From an uncultured delta proteobacterium (GTDB taxonomy: Bacteria > Myxococcota_A > UBA9160 > SZUA-336): DNA of 64,000 nucleotides. This document shows, in pieces, positions 41,686 through 51,195 of the stretch. The stretch covers positions 448,001 through 512,000 of the forward strand of contig CAVPHD010000001.1 of the NCBI GenBank assembly GCA_963704165.1, given 5' to 3'. A program made the position numbers and the translations under genes. Numbering within the stretch: position 1 is the first letter of the stretch; every line of letters starts with the position of its first letter. The notes beneath the pieces were generated by a model. The model was not told the origin of the DNA. It made no database searches and saw only the letters and a list, made by a program, of their open reading frames with translations.

Positions 41686-42824
41686 TTCGCGCGCTCCCTC
41701 AGGCTCGGATCGACGGTCGCGCCGACGCGGAACAGATCCAGAGGCGCTGCGCGATCGAGGACTTCCTCGGGCGCCTGACCGCGCACCCGCGAGAGCTCCC
41801 GAAGACCCGTATCGATTCCGCGAACCGCCTTCTCGAGTGCAAGCGGCACCGACTCGCTTTCCGAGAGCGGCAACCCGTCCGCCACGGCGATCGAATTCGC
41901 GACGCCGAGGACATAGCCGAGCAGGTCGGCCGCGCGGGGTGCCGGAAGCTTCGAGAGTGCTTCGCCGAGCAGCGTACCGCGCAGCTGACGCGGCAGGTTC
42001 GCAGCGTCGATCAGCGCCTGACCGGGTTCGGGAGATACCCAGTCGGTGATGCGTTCGACGGTCAGCGGCCGGTAGACACGCATCGCCTGCTCGACGTCGG
42101 GGAAGCCCAGATCCTGCAGTCGATTCGCACGCCAGCGAAACGCGTACTCCTCGCACTCGGCCGGGCTCTCGAAGAGCATTCCGTAGACGAGCCGCCAGTA
42201 GAGCGGCTGGTCCTCGGCGAAGAGCGCGTGGGAGATCTCGTGGATCCGGTGCGGCGACACGTCGGGTACGGTCCCGAAGTAGACGACACCGTCCGGTGTG
42301 AAGAAGCCGATCGGTGGCTCGTCCTCCTTCCCAACGACCACGACTTCGGTGTCGGTGCGAGCAGTCAGAATCAGGATCTCGAGGTCGATCTCGCCGAGGG
42401 CTTTGACGAGCGTCGGCCTTCCGGCTTCGATCAGCGCGTCGATCCACTCGTTCGCTCGCGATACCTGGAGTTCCGCACCGGTCCAGCAGTCGAGATCGAA
42501 TGCCGCGATTCGCTGGGCGGGCGTCGCGAGCTCGAGCAGCCAGGCGGCCTCCGACATCCCACTCGCGCGGGCGGTCTGCACGAGCTCGGCCTCGGGCAGG
42601 AGCGGCACGATGTCCTCGGGGTGCTCGACGAGCATGAGGAACTCGCCGCGCGCTTCGAGCCGCAGATCCTGGCAGGCGCGGGCCTGAGCCTCGTTCGACA
42701 TCGCCGCGAGCGCGTCCTTCGCGGCTCGTCGGTCGCTTCGGGAAAGGCGCAGCAGAGCCGTGCCCGAGAGCTCCGCGGCTAGGGAATCCGGGCGCTCATC
42801 CGCCAATGCCGGGGATCGCTTCAC
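41682..42824 (-). CDS. DUF6178-like protein
   Basis: FDLDCW, EEYAFRWRANRLQDLGFP, LFRVG motifs, recalled from this deltaproteobacterial family. Confidence 0.65.
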   Translation of the reverse strand: MKRSPALADERPDSLAAELSGTALLRLSRSDRRAAKDALAAMSNEAQARACQDLRLEARGEFLMLVEHPEDIVPLLPEAELVQTARASGMSEAAWLLELATPAQRIAAFDLDCWTGAELQVSRANEWIDALIEAGRPTLVKALGEIDLEILILTARTDTEVVVVGKEDEPPIGFFTPDGVVYFGTVPDVSPHRIHEISHALFAEDQPLYWRLVYGMLFESPAECEEYAFRWRANRLQDLGFPDVEQAMRVYRPLTVERITDWVSPEPGQALIDAANLPRQLRGTLLGEALSKLPAPRAADLLGYVLGVANSIAVADGLPLSESESVPLALEKAVRGIDTGLRELSRVRGQAPEEVLDRAAPLDLFRVGATVDPSLRERAK

Positions 42825-45153
42825 GCACCGCGTCGATCGACTGATCGACGAGGTGGATCTTGAACGCGGAGAGCACCTCGGGTGGAACGTCCTCGAGGTC
42901 CTTTGCGTTGCGACTGGGCAGAATCAGCTCCTTGATTCCCGCGCGATGGGCGGCGAGCACCTTGCCCTTGATACCACCGACGGGTAGAACCTGCCCGCGC
43001 AGCGTGATCTCGCCCGTCATGGCCAGGTCGCCGCGGACCGGCTTTCCCGAGAGCAGACTTGCCAGCGCCACGATCATCGTGATGCCCGCGGATGGCCCGT
43101 CCTTCGGAGTCCCGCCGGCGGGTACGTGCACGTGGATCTTCGTCTTCTCGAAGCTGTCCGGATCGATTCCGAGTGCCTCGGCATTCGTGCGCACATAGGA
43201 GAGCGCGGCCTCGACGGACTCGCGCATGACATCGCCCATCTGGCCGGTGAGGCTCAGCTCGAGCTTGCCTTCCATGCGCGCCGCTTCCACGAAGACGATG
43301 TCGCCGCCGACGGGGGTCCAGACCATGCCGGTGGCGACGCCGGGCCGCTCGATTCGTTCCGCGACCTCCCGCGTGAACTGCGCAGGTCCGAGCAGTTTCC
43401 CGAGATCCGGGGGGGCGATCTCCGGCGCGCCCTTTCCCTCGGCGATCGCGAGCGCGCACTTGCGCACGAGCGACGCGACCTGGCGCTCGAGACTGCGCAC
43501 GCCGGCCTCGCGCGTGTAGCCCTCGATCAAGCTCAGGAAGACCTCGTCCGAGAGCTCGACCGAGCCGGGCTCGAGTCCGTGCTCGGAGAGCTGACGCGGA
43601 AGAAGATGGTCGCGCCCGATGCGAAGCTTCTCGCGAGACGTGTAGCCCGGCAGCTCGATGATCTCCATGCGGTCGAGCAGCGGTGCCGGAATCGTGTCGA
43701 CGCGATTCGCCGTCGCGATGAAGAGCACGCGCGAGAGATCGAACGGAAGCTCCACGTAGTGATCGGAGAACGAAGAGTTCTGCTCGGGGTCGAGCACTTC
43801 GAGCAGGGCCGACGACGGATCGCCGCGATAGTCCATGCCGACCTTGTCGATCTCGTCGAGGATGAAGACCGGATTCCGGGTGCCCGCGCTCCGCAGATTC
43901 TGGAGCACGCGCCCCGGCAGCGCGGCGACGTAGGTGCGCCGGTGGCCACGGATCTCTGCCTCGTCGCGGACACCACCGAGCGAGCACCGCACGAACTTGC
44001 GGCCCATCGCGCGCGCGATCGATTTCCCGAGCGATGTCTTGCCGACGCCGGGTGGACCGACGAAGCACAGGATCGGTCCCTTCGGATCGGAGACGAGGTG
44101 GCGCACCGCCATGTACTCGAGGATTCGCTCCTTCACCTTCTCGAGGTCGAAATGGTCCTCGTCGAGTATGCGCCGCGCGTTCGCGAGGTCGAGGTCGTCG
44201 TCGGTCTCGACCTTCCACGGCAGGTCGAGGAGCCACTCGACGTAGGTGCGCGTGACCGAGCGTTCAGGTGAATGCGAGGGCATTCCCGCGAGCCGATTCA
44301 CCTCGCGCTCCGCCACGACGCGAACGTCGTCGGGAAGATCGACGGATTCGAGCCGCTCGCGCAGCTCGTCGCCCTCGGCAGATTGCTCGTCGGCCTCACC
44401 GAGCTCCGCGCGGATCTTGCGCAGCTGTTCGCGCAGGAGCTTTCGCCGCTCGACTTCGCCGATCTCACCCGCGGCGCGTTCGGCGAATGCCTTGGACACC
44501 TGTGCGATCCGGATCTCGCGCATCAGGTAGCGCATCAACGTGCGCAGCCGCGCCAGCACGTCCTGTTGGGAGAGCAGCTCGATCTTCTCCTCGAGCGGCA
44601 TGGTGCCGTTGAACGCGATCACGTCGGCGAGTCGGGCAGGGTCGTCGAAACGGTCGAGGATCTGCGCGGCTTCGTCTGGGATGTCTTCGCGCAGCGCCAC
44701 GAGCTCCTTGCCGAGCCGCTGAACCGTCCGCCGCGCCGCTTCGGCCTCGGGCGTGTGATCGAGCAGATCCGGAAGAACCTCCGTCCCCGCCTCCTGGAAC
44801 GGGCCGGCCTCGTTCAGGTCCAAGAGGCGCACGCGGGCGAGGCCGACCGCGACGACGGACAGGCCGGAACCGGTGTCTGCGAGGTGGACGATCTTCGCGA
44901 GCGTTCCGACCGGGTACAGATCCTCGCGCCGGGGGTGCTCCGTATCGGGCGCACGCTGCGTGACGACGACCAAGAACCCACCGCTTCGGGCCGCCTGTTG
45001 GACGGCCGCAAGCGATTCCTTGCGGCCGACGGACAGGGGCAAGGTCACGCCCGGGAAGATCACCGTATTGCGGACCGGCAATACCGGAACGCGGACGGGC
45101 ACTTCGACCTGCTCGCCGCCGATCTCGATCGTCGCCGTCTCGACTTCGCTCAC
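42796..45153 (-). CDS. lon: ATP-dependent protease La (Lon)
   Basis: Lon N-domain, GPPGVGKTS, GHRRTY, LDEIDK, PKDGPSAG, MTGEITL, GGIKGK. Confidence 0.97.
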   Translation of the reverse strand: MSEVETATIEIGGEQVEVPVRVPVLPVRNTVIFPGVTLPLSVGRKESLAAVQQAARSGGFLVVVTQRAPDTEHPRREDLYPVGTLAKIVHLADTGSGLSVVAVGLARVRLLDLNEAGPFQEAGTEVLPDLLDHTPEAEAARRTVQRLGKELVALREDIPDEAAQILDRFDDPARLADVIAFNGTMPLEEKIELLSQQDVLARLRTLMRYLMREIRIAQVSKAFAERAAGEIGEVERRKLLREQLRKIRAELGEADEQSAEGDELRERLESVDLPDDVRVVAEREVNRLAGMPSHSPERSVTRTYVEWLLDLPWKVETDDDLDLANARRILDEDHFDLEKVKERILEYMAVRHLVSDPKGPILCFVGPPGVGKTSLGKSIARAMGRKFVRCSLGGVRDEAEIRGHRRTYVAALPGRVLQNLRSAGTRNPVFILDEIDKVGMDYRGDPSSALLEVLDPEQNSSFSDHYVELPFDLSRVLFIATANRVDTIPAPLLDRMEIIELPGYTSREKLRIGRDHLLPRQLSEHGLEPGSVELSDEVFLSLIEGYTREAGVRSLERQVASLVRKCALAIAEGKGAPEIAPPDLGKLLGPAQFTREVAERIERPGVATGMVWTPVGGDIVFVEAARMEGKLELSLTGQMGDVMRESVEAALSYVRTNAEALGIDPDSFEKTKIHVHVPAGGTPKDGPSAGITMIVALASLLSGKPVRGDLAMTGEITLRGQVLPVGGIKGKVLAAHRAGIKELILPSRNAKDLEDVPPEVLSAFKIHLVDQSIDAVREAIPGIGG

Positions 45154-45208
45154 TGTGTCGGCAACGCTAGAGCCCGACCGGCCACGGTCAACTCGAAGGC
45201 CCGAACGG

Positions 45209-45237
45209 AAAAAGGCCGCGGCACCTGGCCGCGGCCC
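45209..45237 (-). terminator. Intrinsic terminator downstream of the BON gene
   Basis: Minus strand GGCCGCGGC-CAGGT-GCCGCGGCC followed by TTTTT. Confidence 0.8.
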
Positions 45238-45267
45238 TTCGATTCCGACCCGAGATCGAACTCGAGA

Positions 45268-45787
45268 TCAGTAGTCCAGGTCGTCGTAGTTCAGCGAGTT
45301 CACGCAGGGTACGCGCTTGATCAGATTGATCAGCGAACCGGCCTGCGAGTAGTCCTTGAGATCGCCCTTCACGACGAGGTTGCGATCCTTGATCTGGATG
45401 TCGATCTTGCGGCGCGCCTGGGTCAACTCCTCGTCGTTCTCGATTTCCTTGTCGACCTTGGCCATGACCGTCTGATCGGTGGCGGCGCTGCAGTCCTCGA
45501 CGTTGCCGACGCGGATCCGGTTTCGGACTTCCTTCACGCCGCGCATGCCCTTGATGATCTCCTCGGCCTTCTTGCTCTGCTCTTCCGTGGCGACGTTGCC
45601 CGTCATCATCATCATGCCGCGCATCGACTTGATGGTGACCTCCATCAGCCCGGGCACCTTGTACAGGTCCTTGCCCGCTTTCAACTCTCGCTTGAACTCG
45701 GCCTGACTCTGGGCCGACGCCTGCAGCTGCGAACCCGACGGAAAAAGCGACGACGATCGCGAACACGGTGCGCAAAGACCGACTCAT
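45268..45787 (-). CDS. Secreted double-BON-domain (OsmY-like) protein; one frameshift near 45722
   Basis: GGAGG RBS; signal peptide MSRSLRTVFAIVVAFSVGFAAA in one frame, continuing ASAQSQAEFK... in another with BON motifs MTGNV..EEQ..KAEEI...GVKEVRNRIRV. Confidence 0.8.
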
Positions 45788-45925
45788 TTGAACTGCCTCC
45801 GAAAGTAGGTGCTCGAGGGCCCGATATCGGGCCAAGCGTTGAACCGGGCCGTAGCCTATCGGACGCTCCTCGCAACGGTCAACCGCGATTGGCTTTGGCA
45901 TCTCGACTCGAAACCTGGGACCGCG

Positions 45926-47302
45926 TCAGTACTTCGCGTATTCGACGAGCTTGGGAATCGCCTTCTGCCACGGGCCATTCCAGCTGTCGAGAACGGCCCT
46001 CGCCGGGCTCGTGCCCCGCTCGACGATGGCCTCGAGCGGCTCGAGATAGACCGCTTCGTCGTGACCCGCTGCATCGAGCACCGCCTGTCTGCGAAGCCCG
46101 GCGCGAGAGATCGATAGGAGTTCGCGCGCGACCTCGAGCACCGGCGCGTCGGGCGTCCGTGCCTGTAGCCCGTGCCGCGCGACCTCTCCGTGAAGGGCGT
46201 GGACCTGCGGGTGCGTCCAGGATTTGACGCGAGAGATACCCGCCTCGAGCGCGAGATCGTCGTAGAACAGGCCCTTCCAGAACGCCGGCAGCGCGCAGAC
46301 GGCTGCACCCGGTACCGCGTCGGTCCCGCGGGTCTCGATCACACGCTTCAGCCGTACCTCGGGAAAGAGCGTCGTCAGATGCACGTTCCAATCGGCGAGC
46401 GATGCGCGCATTCCGTCGCGTCCCTGGGCCATGTAGTTCCGAAACGTCTGACCGTACGCGGGAATGCTTCGGCCCTCTCGAACGATCAGGAACATCGGCA
46501 CGTCGAGCGCCCATTCAGTGTACGCACGGTAGGCCGTGCCCGCGCCGAAGCTTTCTTCGAACGCGAAGGGCAGCAGGCTCCAGCGGTCATTGTCGGTGTG
46601 ACGCCAGATCCAGGCCCGCCTCGACTCGAAGCCATTGGGCCGACCCATGCTGATGCTCGAGTTCGCGAACAACGCGGACGAGATCGGCGACGTGGCAAGG
46701 GCGAGCCGCAGCTTCCGCGCGGCGTCCGCTTCGGACGAGAAATCGAAATTCGCCTGGACTCCGGCGGTGGCGTGCATCATGTGCAGGCCGAGCTCGTCGC
46801 GTTGCGCGAGGTAGTCGCGCATGATCGCGTGCCGCTCGCGCGGCATTCGCGGCAGCTCCTCGACGGCCGCGATCGGATGCATCCCCAAGCCGAGCCAGAT
46901 GATCCCGAGCGGCTCCGATACCTGGTTCACGAGTTCGATGTGCTCGCGGAACTCGCGCATGGTCTCGTGAACCGATGTGTGAGGCGCACCGGAGAGCTCG
47001 AGCTGACCGCCGGGCTCGAGCGTGATCGTACTTCCATCGCGCTCCAGACCGACGAGCTTTCCGGCGTCGATCAGCGGCTTCCAGCCGAACCCGCTCGAGA
47101 TCGCGGCGAGCAGCGCGCGGATTCCGCGATCGCCCTCGTACGGTACCGGGCGAAGACTCTGCGCGTAGAGCCCGAGCTTCTCGTGCTCGGTGCCGACGCG
47201 CCAGTCCTCGCGCGCGGTCTCACCGTCGCGAAAGAACTCGACCAATTGCTCGACACCCTCGATCGGGCGCTCGAAGCGAGGATCGTCCCGCGTCAGACTC
47301 AC
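45926..47302 (-). CDS. gshA: Glutamate--cysteine ligase (plant/alphaproteobacterial type)
   Basis: VGTEHEK, LEPGGQLELSG, QANFDF, ALFANS, HLTTLFPEVRLK..IETRG. Confidence 0.92.
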   Translation of the reverse strand: MSLTRDDPRFERPIEGVEQLVEFFRDGETAREDWRVGTEHEKLGLYAQSLRPVPYEGDRGIRALLAAISSGFGWKPLIDAGKLVGLERDGSTITLEPGGQLELSGAPHTSVHETMREFREHIELVNQVSEPLGIIWLGLGMHPIAAVEELPRMPRERHAIMRDYLAQRDELGLHMMHATAGVQANFDFSSEADAARKLRLALATSPISSALFANSSISMGRPNGFESRRAWIWRHTDNDRWSLLPFAFEESFGAGTAYRAYTEWALDVPMFLIVREGRSIPAYGQTFRNYMAQGRDGMRASLADWNVHLTTLFPEVRLKRVIETRGTDAVPGAAVCALPAFWKGLFYDDLALEAGISRVKSWTHPQVHALHGEVARHGLQARTPDAPVLEVARELLSISRAGLRRQAVLDAAGHDEAVYLEPLEAIVERGTSPARAVLDSWNGPWQKAIPKLVEYAKY

Positions 47303-47883
47303 GTGCGCGCTTCCGCGCGGGGTTCTGCCGAGTAGAGGTCGGGATTCAAGAGCCGGACGAATGCGCAGACGACCGCCTGCGCGCCGTACTCGGCGCGCGT
47401 CAGCACCCCGCCGCTGAGCCGGCCGATGTTTCCCGCGCCACTCCCGGGGTCACGGACGCCCGCAGGTGCTCGGTACAGCGCATCGAAGACTTCGCCGATC
47501 GGCGTGCGCGGAATCGCGGTCGCGCGTCGCACGCACTCGGGCGGATACCCGAAGCCCGCAGTGAAGCCGACCGACTCGTGCGAACCGTCGTACAGCACGC
47601 AACAGCCGATGTTGATCCAGCCGACTCCCTCGTCGGGGATTCGAATCAGGCCGTCTTCGATTCCGGCCGCGAGGTCACACGGACCGACTCGGTGCGCACC
47701 GCGGGCGCGGCTGCGGGCGCCCGCGATGATCTCTTCCCAACCGAGAGGCTGGCCATCCACGCCGCTCGAAACCTCGGATGACTCGATCTCGACGCTGGCG
47801 AAGAACGGCGCAAGGCCACTCCGAACGGCCTCGAGCTTGGCCGTGTTCAGGCTGCCGACGCGCACGAGAATGCGCGCGTTCAA
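47299..47883 (-). CDS. yjjX: Non-canonical inosine/xanthosine triphosphatase (YjjX-like)
   Basis: VGSLNTAKLEAV, SSGVDGQP, GA..RA, GIEDG, IGRLSGG..TR. Confidence 0.85.
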   Translation of the reverse strand: MNARILVRVGSLNTAKLEAVRSGLAPFFASVEIESSEVSSGVDGQPLGWEEIIAGARSRARGAHRVGPCDLAAGIEDGLIRIPDEGVGWINIGCCVLYDGSHESVGFTAGFGYPPECVRRATAIPRTPIGEVFDALYRAPAGVRDPGSGAGNIGRLSGGVLTRAEYGAQAVVCAFVRLLNPDLYSAEPRAEART

Positions 47884-48305
47884 GCGCCCGATGCCTCCCG
47901 TACCAGCTGCTCGATGAGATCTTCGAGCGCCTTCTCCACCTCGGATCCGCGCAGCGGCGCTTCCTGGCAGGGTCCCTCCTGCTTGCCGCGCTTGAACGGA
48001 CCGACCAAACGCACCTTCCCGGGACCCTCCGCGATCGCGATGCAGAGCAGCTCGGTCCGCCCGCGCGTCACGCGAAACTGGACGCAGTCGATGTGCTTCT
48101 CGTCCGGCTCGACCGCCGACACCTCGAGATGCCCGAGATAGGGTGCACCGATCTCCGCCGCGCGTTCGCGAAAGGCCTCGACCGCTTCGAATGCCAGCTC
48201 CCGTAGATCGCGAGCGGCATCGCGCACGTCCCGCAGACGCACCATCAGATCGGAATCCCGGAGCGCCAGTTCGTCCGCCAGATTCCTGAAGCGCGTGCTG
48301 TCCAT
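47880..48305 (-). CDS. Hypothetical protein (~141 aa)
   Basis: Coupled to yjjX by TTGA overlap; coding-like composition. Confidence 0.7.
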   Translation of the reverse strand: MDSTRFRNLADELALRDSDLMVRLRDVRDAARDLRELAFEAVEAFRERAAEIGAPYLGHLEVSAVEPDEKHIDCVQFRVTRGRTELLCIAIAEGPGKVRLVGPFKRGKQEGPCQEAPLRGSEVEKALEDLIEQLVREASGA

Positions 48306-48364
48306 CGGCGCAGTGTATTTCATTCGGGCCGCCGTGATCCCGGCGGTATACTCGCCGCGCTTTG

Positions 48365-49726
48365 GTGAGCTCGAGGGCATGGCTGGCGGTCGCGACGGCG
48401 CTCGGCGGGTTCGCCGCAGCGCTCGGCGTCGGCGAGTTCGGGCTCGCCTGGGTCAGTTTCGCGGCCGCCCTGCTCGTCTTCTGCCTGTCGACGCAGATCT
48501 CGCTCAACTGGCAGATCGCGATCGCGACGGTGCTCGGCATCGCCTTCGGCCGCGCGACATCGCTCGGGGTTCTCGACCCTGAGGCCGCCGAAGCGATGCA
48601 GAGCGTCGGAAGGCTCTTCATCGGACTGCTGAAGATGCTGATTGCGCCGATGATCCTGCTCTCCATCGTCCACGGAATCGCGAGCATGGGAGAAGCGCGA
48701 CAGCTGGGCCGCCTTGGTTCCCGCACGCTCGGGCTCTACCTGCTTACGATGGTGCTCGCCGCCGCGACGGGTCTCTTGCTCGTGAATCTGGTGCAGCCCG
48801 GGGAAGGCAGCGCCCTCGCGCAAAGCGAGTTCTTTCGAGGTGCGGTCGGGGCGGTACCCACCGCGCCGCACGGTCCACCCGCGCTCGGGGAGTTCCTGGT
48901 CGGGACGATGTCTCAGCTGATCTCGAACCCGATCGCGGCGCTGGCCGAGGGGAAGATCCTGCCCATCGTGCTGTTCGCGATCCTGCTCGGAGTCGCGCTG
49001 CTCCAGATCGGGCCGAGCGGAGCGCCACTGATCGCCGTGCTCGGCGGGGCGTCGGCGGCCGTCATGCTGATCATCGGTTGGTTCGTGCGGCTCGCACCTG
49101 TCGGGATCTTCGCGCTGATCGGCCATCTGGTCGCGACCGTGAGCTTCGCGGTGATCGTCGAGAATCTCGCGGAATTCTCGGGCGTCGTGATCTTCGGAAC
49201 GCTCTTTCACGCCGCGGTGACGCTTCCCGCGCTCGCCTGGTATCTCGGCGGCATCTCGCCGCTGCTTCTGTTCCGAGGGATCCGCGAAGCACTCGCGGTC
49301 GCGTTCACGACCAGCTCGAGCACCGCCACGCTTCCCGTCACGACACGTTGCGTAGAGGATGGTCTGGGTGTCCCTCCGCAGATCTCGAGCTTCGTGCTGC
49401 CGCTCGGCGCGACGGTCAACATGGACGGCACGGCGCTCTACGAAGCCGTGGCCGCGATCTTCGTCGCAGGGATCTACGGTGTCGATCTGGGGATCGGCGG
49501 TCAGATCGTCGTGTTCGTCGTCGCGATCGCGACGTCGATTGGCGCCCCCGGAATTCCCAGCGCGGGGATGGTCACGATGGTGATCGTGCTCGAAGCGGCG
49601 GGGCTGCCCGGCGAGGCGGTGGGACTGCTGCTCACGATCGACCGCTTCCTCGACACGTTCCGCACGATGGCGAACGTGGAGGGCGATGCCGTGGTCGCCG
49701 CGATCGTCTCGCGTCAGCTTCGCTGA
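48365..49726 (+). CDS. Dicarboxylate/amino acid:cation symporter (DAACS)
   Basis: LLKMLIAP, FTTSSSTATLP, GATVNMDGTALY, GAPGIP, DRFLDTFRT..NV.GD. Confidence 0.95.
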   Translation: MSSRAWLAVATALGGFAAALGVGEFGLAWVSFAAALLVFCLSTQISLNWQIAIATVLGIAFGRATSLGVLDPEAAEAMQSVGRLFIGLLKMLIAPMILLSIVHGIASMGEARQLGRLGSRTLGLYLLTMVLAAATGLLLVNLVQPGEGSALAQSEFFRGAVGAVPTAPHGPPALGEFLVGTMSQLISNPIAALAEGKILPIVLFAILLGVALLQIGPSGAPLIAVLGGASAAVMLIIGWFVRLAPVGIFALIGHLVATVSFAVIVENLAEFSGVVIFGTLFHAAVTLPALAWYLGGISPLLLFRGIREALAVAFTTSSSTATLPVTTRCVEDGLGVPPQISSFVLPLGATVNMDGTALYEAVAAIFVAGIYGVDLGIGGQIVVFVVAIATSIGAPGIPSAGMVTMVIVLEAAGLPGEAVGLLLTIDRFLDTFRTMANVEGDAVVAAIVSRQLR

Positions 49727-49735
49727 CGCGCCGAG

Positions 49736-51067
49736 TCACATCGCGGCGTCGAGAACCGCCGTCGGCTCCGCGGCCTGCAGCTCGGCAAGGCGCATGTCCT
49801 TGATCTGATTGAAACGCACGAGCGAGCGCGACGGAACGGGCTCGCCCATCTCGAACTTCACCGAGAGCGGGTCGAAGAAGCGGCCGTTCTTCTGGATCCG
49901 GAAGTCCAGGTGAGGACCGGTGGCGAGTCCCGTCTTGCCCACGAAGCCGATCAGCTGCTTCTGCGAAACGCTCTGACCGACGCGCAATCCCTTCGGGTAC
50001 CGGGAGAGATGCCCGTAGTACGAAATATAGCCGTTGGAGTGCTTGATCTTGACGAGGTGTCCGAATCCACCGCTCCACCCGACGTGGATCACCTTACCGT
50101 TGGCCACCGACCACACCGGAGTGCCGATCGGCGCGGCGTAGTCCACACCCTCGTGCGGCCGACGAACGCGAAGGATCGGATGCAGCCGCGCCTTGCTGTA
50201 TCGCGACGAGATGCGGCTGTACTTCACCGGCGCCTTCAGGAACGAGCGGCGCACGGAGTTTCCGTCGGGTGAGTAGTAGTCGCCGCGACCCTGCTCGTCC
50301 TCGAACCAGACGGCCACGAAGTCGCCCTTCGAGGCGCGGTACTCGGCAGCAAGCACCCGGCCGTAACGCACGAAGCCGTCCTTGTCGAAGTACTTCTCGA
50401 AGACCATGCGGAATTCATCGCCGGGCCGGGTCTGAGTCGAGAAGTCGATGTCCCAGAGGAAGATGTCGGTGAAGGCGTGCACGAGCTCGGCTCCCTCGCC
50501 GAGATCGACCAGTGAGTTGAAGAGCGACCCCTTCACGACACCGCCGAGCTGAAGCACGCGGCGCTCGAGCGGGGCGACTTCCTTCTTCGCGATCAAGCCA
50601 CCGCTCGGGCCGCGATCGAGGCGGAAGACCTCTCCGCGGCCGCGCTGGTATTCGAACGAGAGCAGCTGGCCGGCGTCATCGCGGATCAGCGCATAGAAGT
50701 CGCCCGCGTGAGCGCGACGGAAGTCGAAGATCGGACGTAGGCCACGCGCGATCTGATCGACCAAGACCGGGCTCACGCGCGAACCGCGAAGGGCCCCTGC
50801 GAGCGTGCCGCCCTTCGGCACCCGACCGGTCGTGATCGTGAGCGTCGAATCAGTCGCACTCGAGAGGACCGGATCCAGCGATCGGTCCGTCTCGGGGGAG
50901 AGGAGATCGGAGATGTCCCCGTAGTGGGTCGTCATCTCGGTACGGGGCGCCTCGTCGACCGATGCGATCAGAATCGGAAGCGACGAGACCTGTGCCGACG
51001 CGGCTGCCGCCGCAGTTGTCACTGCGACGAGCAAGCTGCTCGCAAAGAGCGCCGGTAGACCCCTCAT
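49736..51067 (-). CDS. M23 peptidoglycan DD-endopeptidase (MepM-like)
   Basis: Signal peptide; RLHPIL, HEGVDYAAPIGTPV, YGHL, TGPHLDF. Confidence 0.93.
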   Translation of the reverse strand: MRGLPALFASSLLVAVTTAAAAASAQVSSLPILIASVDEAPRTEMTTHYGDISDLLSPETDRSLDPVLSSATDSTLTITTGRVPKGGTLAGALRGSRVSPVLVDQIARGLRPIFDFRRAHAGDFYALIRDDAGQLLSFEYQRGRGEVFRLDRGPSGGLIAKKEVAPLERRVLQLGGVVKGSLFNSLVDLGEGAELVHAFTDIFLWDIDFSTQTRPGDEFRMVFEKYFDKDGFVRYGRVLAAEYRASKGDFVAVWFEDEQGRGDYYSPDGNSVRRSFLKAPVKYSRISSRYSKARLHPILRVRRPHEGVDYAAPIGTPVWSVANGKVIHVGWSGGFGHLVKIKHSNGYISYYGHLSRYPKGLRVGQSVSQKQLIGFVGKTGLATGPHLDFRIQKNGRFFDPLSVKFEMGEPVPSRSLVRFNQIKDMRLAELQAAEPTAVLDAAM

Positions 51068-51125
51068 GCTATGCCTCCGAGAACGGGCAGAAGTTTTCTG
51101 TATCGCAGTCGCGTTCGATCACGAC

Positions 51126-51141
51126 TGTGACCAAAATCACA
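51126..51141. promoter_or_regulatory. CRP/FNR-family operator-like palindrome
   Basis: TGTGA-CCAAAA-TCACA, an exact CRP core consensus, in a divergent intergenic region. Confidence 0.6.
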
Positions 51142-51195
51142 ATCGGATCGAGCACTTCGCTCGAACCGGCAACTGGGAGACCCAAGCTGGCGAGG

